Positions 57,116 to 64,000 of a stretch of 64,000 nucleotides of DNA are shown piece after piece. Both the position numbers and the translations under genes were made by a program. The stretch covers positions 2,410-66,409 of the forward strand of contig CAZXOA010000005.1 in assembly GCA_964642275.1 (NCBI GenBank). Reading direction: 5' to 3'. The DNA is from an uncultured Candidatus Saccharibacteria bacterium (GTDB taxonomy: Bacteria > Patescibacteriota > Saccharimonadia > Saccharimonadales > JACDBH01). Position 1 is the stretch's first letter. Every line of letters starts with the position of its first letter. Under the pieces are notes generated by a model, which searched no databases, had not been told where the DNA came from, and was given only the letters and a program-made list of their open reading frames with translations.

Positions 57116-58273
57116 ATGCTCGTGAAACGGAATGCTGCCCCGACCAATATTTCCAAGCAGCTCCCCCTTTTGTCAATCAAAAATCCAGCCGTTTATTTCC
57201 GCCGCCACCGCAAGCGTGTTATTCGGTACGGCCTGGTGTTCGGAAACCTGGCAATTGTGCTAGTGGCTATTTTTGCTGTGGTCCGGAGTTCCGGAGGCAA
57301 TGCTGCCAATTACAGTGCGCTCAATACGGCAGTAGAGGCGCGCGTGTCTAACCCTCTTGATACCTTGTCGGCTTCAGAAATTGCCGCAAATATTGCTCTC
57401 ATGACCAAAGCTCCCGAGACGGAGGCTATCATAAGCCACTCGAATCTGGTGTGGGCAGAGCTGAGCGCCGCCACTCGACATCAAAGCAGCGGGACGGTGC
57501 TGTTGTCGCAGATCTTGAGCGGGGAAATCAAGACAAAGGAAGATATTGTAGAGTACACGACAGTCGATGGTGACACACTTGAGGCGCTTGCTACACGGTT
57601 TGGTGTGACCTCGGACAGTATCCGGTGGAGCAACGGCCTGAGTACTGCACGCCTTAGGGCCGGAACGGTCCTGCAAATCCCCCCGGTTAACGGCATTGTG
57701 TACAAGGTCAAGGCAGGTGACACTGCCGCCAGCCTGGCTAGCAGATACCACACCAGCGAAGTTCTTATCACTCGTTTTAACGACGCAGAAGTTGCCGGTC
57801 TGCAGGTAGACGAGTTTATAGTCATCCCGGACGGTGAAATCCGTGTGCAGGCTGCGCCCCGGCCGACCAGCAGCTTGAGCTATCGTTCGGTTTTCAGCCG
57901 CAATGCTACTTTCATGGCCCGCTACACCAGCTATAGACCGTATCCCATAGGCGGTTATGGACGTGGTTGGTGTACCGACTGGGCGTCGTATCGGGCTGCC
58001 CAGCTTGGCAATCATGTCGGAAATTGGGGCAATGCCATCAGCTGGTTGCGCAATGCCAGGAACGAAGGGTATTATGGCGGCCCGGTACCAAGGGTTGGAG
58101 CGGTCGTGTACTTCCATATGGGCGGTCTTGGCCATGTCGGTGTCGTCGAGGAAGTTTCGGATGACGGCACTATGATCAAATTCTCTGATATGAACGGTTT
58201 GGCGGGTTGGGGCAACGCTGCCAAGACGAATGATTGGATGCCCGCATCTGGCTACAGCTACATTTATCGGTAA
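57116..58273 (+). CDS. LysM-LysM-CHAP peptidoglycan hydrolase, paralog 2
   Basis: Same architecture as 55710..56816: YTTVDGDTLEALATRFGVTSDSIRWSN; YKVKAGDTAASLASRYHTSEVLITRFN; GWCTDWAS; GHVGVVEEV. Confidence 0.8.
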   Translation: MLVKRNAAPTNISKQLPLLSIKNPAVYFRRHRKRVIRYGLVFGNLAIVLVAIFAVVRSSGGNAANYSALNTAVEARVSNPLDTLSASEIAANIALMTKAPETEAIISHSNLVWAELSAATRHQSSGTVLLSQILSGEIKTKEDIVEYTTVDGDTLEALATRFGVTSDSIRWSNGLSTARLRAGTVLQIPPVNGIVYKVKAGDTAASLASRYHTSEVLITRFNDAEVAGLQVDEFIVIPDGEIRVQAAPRPTSSLSYRSVFSRNATFMARYTSYRPYPIGGYGRGWCTDWASYRAAQLGNHVGNWGNAISWLRNARNEGYYGGPVPRVGAVVYFHMGGLGHVGVVEEVSDDGTMIKFSDMNGLAGWGNAAKTNDWMPASGYSYIYR

Positions 58274-58318
58274 TAACCTCTTCTCGTATCAGAAGAATTG
58301 TTGTATAATTAGCACCAT

Positions 58319-59584
58319 ATGTTTGTCGATAAGGTAAAAGTGAATGTGGCTGCCGGTAACGGCGGTAATGGCATCGTGAGTTTCCGCCACGAGATTTATG
58401 TTGATCGCGGCGGTCCGGACGGCGGCGACGGCGGCGACGGCGGCGACGTAGTGCTGGTGGCCAGCCGCAATCAAAATACACTGGCGAACTTCCGGTTTCA
58501 GAAGCTTGTGAAGGCAGATGACGGCAAAAACGGCGGCAGCCAAAAAAAGCACGGCAAGAGCGGCAAGGACCTCGAAGTTGCAGTGCCGGTCGGTACGGTT
58601 GTCATTGATAACCAGGGCGGAGAATTAGCCGACCTGCGTGAAGACGGGCAGAAGACAGTTATCGCTTACGGCGGCAAGGGCGGTTTTGGCAATGCACACT
58701 TTGTCAGCTCGGTACGCCAGGCACCAAAGGTTGCCGAACGCGGCGAACCAGGCGAATCATTTGAGGTGACGTTCGAGCTGCGCATGATTGCTGATGTCGG
58801 CTTGGTAGGGCTGCCGAATGCTGGCAAATCTACGCTCCTCAGCATTATCAGCAATGCTCGCCCAGAGATAGCAAATTATCCGTTTACAACGCTTGTGCCT
58901 AATCTTGGAGTGGTTGATGTGGATGAAGGAGTATCGTATCTGTTTGCGGATATCCCCGGTCTTATCGAAGGCGCCTCAGAGGGCAAGGGTCTGGGCGATG
59001 AATTTCTCCGCCACATCGAACGTACCAAGGTGCTTGTGCACCTCATCGATGCCTATCAGGACGACGTCACCAGTGCTTATCAGACAATCCAGAATGAGCT
59101 TCGTCAGTACCGGACCGATCTGACTGATAGGCCGCAGGTTGTCGTACTGACTAAAGTAGAGGGACTCGACGACGAAATCGTCGCCGGCCAGCTGGAGGCC
59201 TTGCAGGCGGTTGTACCCGCCAATACACCGGCTATGGCAATCTCGGCTCAGAGCAGGCAGGGAGTCAAAGAGCTACTGTACGTCATCAAGGAGCAAGTGC
59301 AGGCAGCCGCTGCCGCTGAGGCTCCAGAGCAGGAAGACGTGCCGGTATACCGCATAAAGCCAGAGCAGCAGCCATGGAAACTCATCAAGCGCGACAACGG
59401 GTATTTGCTACGAGGCAAAAAGATTGAGCGCTTTGCACAGCGGACTGATTTTGACAACGAAGAGGGAGTGCGCCGCTTGCGCGACATCATGAAGAAGATG
59501 GGTATTATGCGCGAGATCGAGAAGCAAGGTATCGAAACGGGCCAGCGTATTGATATCAGCACCATAGGCTCTATAGAGTATTAG
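58319..59584 (+). CDS. obg: GTPase Obg
   Basis: MFVDKVKVNVAAGNGGNGIVSFR...GGPDGGDGGDGGDV, then GLPNAGKSTLL, DIPGLIEGA and a C-terminal OCT-like domain. Confidence 0.95.
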   Translation: MFVDKVKVNVAAGNGGNGIVSFRHEIYVDRGGPDGGDGGDGGDVVLVASRNQNTLANFRFQKLVKADDGKNGGSQKKHGKSGKDLEVAVPVGTVVIDNQGGELADLREDGQKTVIAYGGKGGFGNAHFVSSVRQAPKVAERGEPGESFEVTFELRMIADVGLVGLPNAGKSTLLSIISNARPEIANYPFTTLVPNLGVVDVDEGVSYLFADIPGLIEGASEGKGLGDEFLRHIERTKVLVHLIDAYQDDVTSAYQTIQNELRQYRTDLTDRPQVVVLTKVEGLDDEIVAGQLEALQAVVPANTPAMAISAQSRQGVKELLYVIKEQVQAAAAAEAPEQEDVPVYRIKPEQQPWKLIKRDNGYLLRGKKIERFAQRTDFDNEEGVRRLRDIMKKMGIMREIEKQGIETGQRIDISTIGSIEY

Positions 59585-59589
59585 TGCGT

Positions 59590-59705
59590 GAGTGTTTTGA
59601 GAGTGGTAATTTGTGCAAAGCTAGAGCACTATTTCGGAGGCGTATATGCAATACGACGAAGAAATATCTCTAGCTTTGCACAAATTACCCTTAGCCGAAA
59701 AGACT
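59590..59705. repeat. Palindromic intergenic repeat, family 1, copy D
   Basis: Perfect 22-bp stem GGTAATTTGTGCAAAGCTAGAG (59605-59626) / CTCTAGCTTTGCACAAATTACC (59668-59689). The loop carries CGTATATGCAATACG (59641-59655), the exact reverse complement of the copy A core. Confidence 0.65.
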
Positions 59706-59788
59706 TGCTTGACAGTGGTAACCTAGGATTTCCAAGGACGGTTCTTGGAAACGACTTGATAGTGGTAGAGAAGCAAATGGGAAAACGC

Positions 59789-59818
59789 TTGACAATATAG
59801 CCATAAGCGTGTTATAAT
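59789..59818 (+). promoter_or_regulatory. Putative promoter (TTGACA - 18 nt - TATAAT) for sbcB
   Basis: TTGACA at 59789-59794 and TATAAT at 59813-59818. It overlaps the ORF-track start at 59817, which argues for the downstream ATG at 59871. Confidence 0.45.
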
Positions 59819-59870
59819 GATATTATGGGGTAGTATTAACCCTTGGAGAGCTGTTACACTGGGAGTTATT

Positions 59871-61316
59871 ATGGCTGCCAGTTTTTACTTTTATGACCTC
59901 GAGACCAGCGGTATAAACCCGCGCAGCAGCAGAATTATGCAGTTTGCCGGGCAGCGTACCGATATGAACCTGAAGCCAATTGGCGAACCCGACAATCTTT
60001 TGATTACACTGACAGATGACATTCTGCCGGAGCCCGATGCAATTTTGATTACTGGCATTACGCCGCAGAAGACCCGGGCTGACGGTATCACTGAGGCCGA
60101 GTTTTTGCACCACTTTACCGAACATATTGCTATTCCTGACACGATTTTTGTTGGCTTTAACAGTATCCGGTTCGATGATGAATTTATGCGGTTTACACAT
60201 TACCGCAATTTTTACGATGCCTATGAATGGTCATGGAAAGACGGGCGGAGCCGCTGGGATTTGCTGGATGTGATTCGTATGACGCGGGCGCTCCGGCCGG
60301 ATGGTATCGAGTGGCCGTTTGATCCGGAAGGCAAGCCGTCTAACCGCTTGGAGCTTATGACGGCGGTCAATAAGCTCGAGCATACTGCCGCGCATGATGC
60401 ACTGAGCGATGTGAACGCGACTATCGCCGTGGCGCGTTTGCTGCGGAACAAGCAGCCGAAGCTGTTTGGGTTCCTTCTGGGCCTGCGCGATAAGCGCAAA
60501 GTACAGGACCTTGTGGGCAGTCATGAAACGTTCGTCTACACAAGCGGACGCTACCCGGGCGCATACGAAAAAACGACACTTGTTGCGCCGCTGGGGGCGC
60601 ACCCGGCCAAGCAGGCGGTGCTGGTTTACGATTTGCGCCGCAATCCGGAAGAGTACGCCAAGCTTTCGTCAGCCGAGCTGGCAGCAGCGTGGCAGACAAG
60701 AGTTGAGGACGAGACTAAGCGGTTTCCAGTAAAGGTGCTGCAGTTCAACCGCTGCCCGGCAGTCGCGCCGGCCAGCGTACTCGATGCAAAGAGCCTAGGT
60801 AGGATTAAGCTGGATCCAGCGATGACGGCCAAACACCTTGCGCTTCTGAGGAAATATCCGGACTTTATGAAAAACCTGGCAGCTGCTGTCAAGCTTATGG
60901 ACAAGCAGCGGCAATCATCTCTCATCGAGAATGTGCAGGATGTTGATGCAGCACTGTACGATGATTTTTTTGGCGACAGTGACCGGACAAAAATGTCCGT
61001 GGTGCGGGCAGCATCCGGGGATGAGGTTGGTTCTCTGCAGCTCGACTTTGAGGACAATCGGCTGCGCGAGCTCTTGCCGCTGTACAAGGCCAGAAACTTT
61101 AGAAAGCATTTGTCTGCTGAGGACCAAGAGGCATGGGAGAGTTTTCGCTATCATCGTCTTATGAGCGGCGGAGCGCAGAGTCTGGCCAGCAAGTTCTTTA
61201 CTCGTCTTGGACAAATTGCAGAACGTCCGAACTTGAGTTCTGAGGATCAGTTTTTGATTCAGGAGTTACAGCTGTACGGCGAGAGTATTCTGCCCGAGCC
61301 AACTGACGGACTATAG
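59871..61316 (+). CDS. sbcB: Exodeoxyribonuclease I
   Basis: MAASFYFYDLETSGINPRSSRIMQFAG..., GFNSIRFDDEF and AHDALSDV (DEDDh exonuclease motifs), plus the SbcB C-terminal region. GGGAG RBS upstream. Confidence 0.85.
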   Translation: MAASFYFYDLETSGINPRSSRIMQFAGQRTDMNLKPIGEPDNLLITLTDDILPEPDAILITGITPQKTRADGITEAEFLHHFTEHIAIPDTIFVGFNSIRFDDEFMRFTHYRNFYDAYEWSWKDGRSRWDLLDVIRMTRALRPDGIEWPFDPEGKPSNRLELMTAVNKLEHTAAHDALSDVNATIAVARLLRNKQPKLFGFLLGLRDKRKVQDLVGSHETFVYTSGRYPGAYEKTTLVAPLGAHPAKQAVLVYDLRRNPEEYAKLSSAELAAAWQTRVEDETKRFPVKVLQFNRCPAVAPASVLDAKSLGRIKLDPAMTAKHLALLRKYPDFMKNLAAAVKLMDKQRQSSLIENVQDVDAALYDDFFGDSDRTKMSVVRAASGDEVGSLQLDFEDNRLRELLPLYKARNFRKHLSAEDQEAWESFRYHRLMSGGAQSLASKFFTRLGQIAERPNLSSEDQFLIQELQLYGESILPEPTDGL

Positions 61317-61496
61317 AGATATAAGTTGGATGGTAGCAATGTGCTGTGCTTGCTTGCGCGTGCGATGTTCGAGAGAATAGAACCACAACGCGGGAATGGC
61401 AACAACAATAAGCCCGCACAGAAGAATATCTGTGAAGGTAAGCTGAATTGAAGTCCCCGGGACGATACCCAGAACGATAAACTGTAGCATAACCAC
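61311..61496 (-). CDS. Small membrane protein (61 aa)
   Basis: Two hydrophobic helices: MVMLQFIVLGIVPGTSIQLTFTDILLCGLIVVAIPALWFY. Confidence 0.4.
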   Translation of the reverse strand: MVMLQFIVLGIVPGTSIQLTFTDILLCGLIVVAIPALWFYSLEHRTRKQAQHIATIQLISL

Positions 61497-61684
61497 CTCT
61501 TAACCTGACGAAATGTTAAGTAGATTATATCAAAACATAGTGCTTGTGTCAATAAGGTTTTATTGTCAGCATCAGATTCTCTATACACATGACTGGAGGC
61601 GCAAGCCGGTGAAATCGGGCTCGTTGAATCTCAGCTTAAATCAGCACGAATGTTGAAGATATCCTGAGCCGAAACCCGGGGATT

Positions 61685-62155
61685 TTATCTAACCTTTCGC
61701 TTGAGCTTTTTGACCAAGCTGGCGACCGAGCCAAATCGGTCGCGGTTGACCAAAAATATAAACATACTAGAGAAGAACAGAATGACCGCAATACCTTCGA
61801 TCAACCGCTCTTCATACTGGAATATAAGAATTGCAGCAATACCCATCACGCCCAGCGAAAGGCCGTCGTAGATACTCTGTATCCAGGGGTTGTTTGGAAA
61901 CAGCCACTTCTTGAAACTCACTCCTTGGACCTTGGCTGTCTCGAGCCAGCGCTCGGCCCAGTCGTGATTGACGGCGAGCAGGCTGAGGCCGAGCAGAAAC
62001 AGCGGGATGCCGCCCGGGCCAGGCAGCCAGCCGAATAAAATAACGCCTATAAAACAAAACACGGCCAATATATCAAAGCCAACAATCTTCCAAAACCCGT
62101 TATCATTCTTCTTTGCCATTGGCCCCAGTATACCAGTTGCGTTATCAAAAAACAT
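61685..62155 (-). CDS. PGPGW-motif transmembrane protein
   Basis: WLPGPGGIPLFLLGLSLLAVNHDWAERW is typical of the PGPGW membrane protein family. The alternative start is at 62119. Confidence 0.65.
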   Translation of the reverse strand: MFFDNATGILGPMAKKNDNGFWKIVGFDILAVFCFIGVILFGWLPGPGGIPLFLLGLSLLAVNHDWAERWLETAKVQGVSFKKWLFPNNPWIQSIYDGLSLGVMGIAAILIFQYEERLIEGIAVILFFSSMFIFLVNRDRFGSVASLVKKLKRKVR

Positions 62156-62224
62156 ATTCTACAACATAACCGGTTTGTAGTGACGGCTGTATTTTGCTAA
62201 GCTCATCACTAATGGAGGGCCGCG

Positions 62225-63028
62225 ATGGTTCATACAGGTAGAGAAGAACGAGTTCGTCCTGCGATAGGTGCAAGATTACCCCTTCAGGATACGGACAGGT
62301 TCGAAGAGTTTGCATGTAATTATGATGTCCTTGGGAGGCAGGCAGCTGGCTTAGTGGCCTTTTGGGAACGCAATGATGACCATTCTGTGCTGCCGGATAC
62401 TGCCCCCGAAAGTGAAGGAGTTGACGGAACAGGCAGTTTTACCATATTCCCCGAAGCCGTACTTGAGCCGGGTGAATCAGTTGCGACACGCGAACCAGGG
62501 CGCTTGTATCGTACACGTGATTTTAATTTGTATCCTGCTGAAGATATCTCGCTAACACTGGCAGAGCGTCGTTGGGGCGCAAAGCAACCAAGCACGAGGG
62601 CGAGGTACTGGAGCCCAAGTGATAAAGGTCGAATAGTAGGTGAGATTCAAAATGAAATCGAGCGTTTGCCGCTACACGAAGTAATGGATAGTAGTGGTGA
62701 TATCAATATTAGATTTGACACAGTGAGGCGCGTTGGTGGTGAGAAGAAGAGGGGCAGGAAGCTGGCCCTGATTCCGGAAGAGGGTCCGGGCTACGAACTT
62801 CTTTGCAAGATGCACGAGGTGACAGTTGCTATCCTGGGCAGACATCAAAAAGGATACCAGTATCCAGATGATTATATTCCTCATCTCACCGTGGGGAGTG
62901 TCAACCTCGGGGAGATAACCGAGCAAAAAATTGGGAAGATCATTAAAGCTAGCGAATCGCTGCTTCCCCTAGTGCTACGGTTTGACAAGATAGAATTCTA
63001 TGACTCCCAGCCGTTGCGACTGATTTGA
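62225..63028 (+). CDS. Hypothetical protein, possibly a 2H-phosphoesterase-like fold with only one intact HxT motif
   Basis: 267 aa. The C-terminal half contains YIPHLTVGSV (HxT-type motif). The position where a first motif might lie reads ISLTLAE, with no His. Weak call. Confidence 0.5.
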   Translation: MVHTGREERVRPAIGARLPLQDTDRFEEFACNYDVLGRQAAGLVAFWERNDDHSVLPDTAPESEGVDGTGSFTIFPEAVLEPGESVATREPGRLYRTRDFNLYPAEDISLTLAERRWGAKQPSTRARYWSPSDKGRIVGEIQNEIERLPLHEVMDSSGDINIRFDTVRRVGGEKKRGRKLALIPEEGPGYELLCKMHEVTVAILGRHQKGYQYPDDYIPHLTVGSVNLGEITEQKIGKIIKASESLLPLVLRFDKIEFYDSQPLRLI

Positions 63029-63090
63029 CATTGGGACACTAGAAAAATTCGATATTTTCAGGTATAATCTACACGTTTAAGGAGTAGGTT

Positions 63091-64000
63091 TTGGCTGATT
63101 TTATTCGTATTCAAGGTGCCCGCGAGCACAACCTCAAAAATGTTGACCTGACGATTCCGCGTGAGAAACTGGTGGTAATTACTGGACTCAGCGGGTCGGG
63201 CAAGTCGAGTCTGGCGTTTGATACTATTTACGCCGAAGGCCAGCGCCGCTATGTTGAATCACTGAGTAGCTACGCCCGCCAGTTCCTGGGCGTGATGGAG
63301 AAGCCCGATGTCGATCAGATTGACGGCCTGAGTCCAGCGATTTCTATCGATCAGAAATCTACCAGCCGCAACCCGCGCAGTACAGTGGCGACTGTCACTG
63401 AAATTTATGACTATTTGCGTCTGTTGTTTGCTCGCATTGGGACGCCGCACTGCTCTCTATGCGGTAAGGCAGTGACGCGCCAGACGACGCAGAATATCAT
63501 CGAACAGATATCCAGACTGCCAGACGGTGCCAAGCTTATCGTGCTGGCGCCGGTGGTGATAGACAAAAAAGGCGCCTTCGAGCATATTCCCGAGCAGTTC
63601 ATGCGACTTGGGTTCGCCCGTGCTCGAGTGGATGGTGTGATTTATGCGCTCGATGAATTTCCTGAACTGGACAAAAACTACAAACATACAATTGAGATTG
63701 TAGTGGACCGCCTTGTCAACAACGAAGAATCACGCAGCCGTCTGGCGCAAAGCGTCGAAGCTGCACTGGATCTCGCCGATGGCAAACTCAAAGTACATCA
63801 TGCTGACGGCAAGGAAGATGACAAGGATACGATCTATAGTTTGCGTTATGCCTGCGTGGATCATCCGGATGTTGTCATTCCGGAACTCGAGCCGCGGACG
63901 TTTAGCTTTAACAGTCCGTTTGGTGCATGTCCGGTATGCACCGGGCTTGGCAACAGGCTGGAGGTTGACCCGGAGCTGGTAATTCCAAACGGACGGCTGA
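63091..64000 (+). CDS. uvrA: Excinuclease ABC subunit A, N-terminal part (continues beyond the window)
   Basis: Not in the ORF track (no stop codon in the window). AAGGAG RBS plus TTG at 63091. [59 protein letters not shown]..., with zinc-finger Cys pairs later (CSLCG; CPVCTG). Confidence 0.9.
   Translation, partial: MADFIRIQGAREHNLKNVDLTIPREKLVVITGLSGSGKSSLAFDTIYAEGQRRYVESLSSYARQFLGVMEKPDVDQIDGLSPAISIDQKSTSRNPRSTVATVTEIYDYLRLLFARIGTPHCSLCGKAVTRQTTQNIIEQISRLPDGAKLIVLAPVVIDKKGAFEHIPEQFMRLGFARARVDGVIYALDEFPELDKNYKHTIEIVVDRLVNNEESRSRLAQSVEAALDLADGKLKVHHADGKEDDKDTIYSLRYACVDHPDVVIPELEPRTFSFNSPFGACPVCTGLGNRLEVDPELVIPNGRL

Noticed and set aside
57374-58135. A 253-aa minus-strand ORF
   Set aside because: It is antisense to the second LysM-CHAP gene, whose domains are clear.
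58420-58450. A nucleotide tandem repeat GACGGCGGC x3
   Set aside because: It encodes the conserved Gly/Asp-rich GGDGGDGGDGG segment of the Obg N-terminal domain and is not an independent repeat element.
59588-59800. A 70-aa plus-strand ORF
   Set aside because: It spans the palindromic family-1 repeat (22-bp perfect stem) and promoter-like sequence, so it is an accidental ORF.

Overview
The window looks like a streamlined, mid-GC (about 45-55% by spot counts) chromosome segment from a monoderm Patescibacteria/CPR organism. My best guess is a Saccharibacteria-like lineage, inferred from gene content only with no database search. Most of it is ordinary housekeeping sequence:
- murD (partial) and a two-component pair
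- pyk-pgk-tpiA, pcrA, a Nudix hydrolase, rsmA, a GH37 trehalase, metG, tatD and a cysteine desulfurase
- an atpF-like/H-like/A/G/D/C block with no a or c subunit genes next to it
- mnmA, a short alaS, ftsA, ruvX, mltG, two LysM-CHAP hydrolases, obg, sbcB and uvrA (partial)
- RNA genes: tRNA-Glu(UUC) at 13303-13377 and tmRNA at 25223-25632

Four things stand out:
1. A ~1.9 kb block of very high GC at 8720-10640 encodes a membrane protein and a frameshifted lipoprotein in actinobacterial style. It is preceded by a consensus promoter and a ~640-nt ORF-free, heavily structured RNA region, and its flanks share short repeats.
2. A six-gene surface-protein locus at 39600-46329 has three secreted paralogs, a DUF916/WxL-interacting-like anchored protein and a PKD protein. 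A 680-nt structured ORF-free spacer sits next to it.
3. There are two families of long palindromic intergenic repeats. A Y1/HUH (IS200/RAYT-like) transposase is bracketed by perfect 19-nt palindromes.
4. A 1495-aa giant protein lies in the same accessory stretch as the island and an LPXTG protein.

No CRISPR array, rRNA or recognisable defence system was seen.
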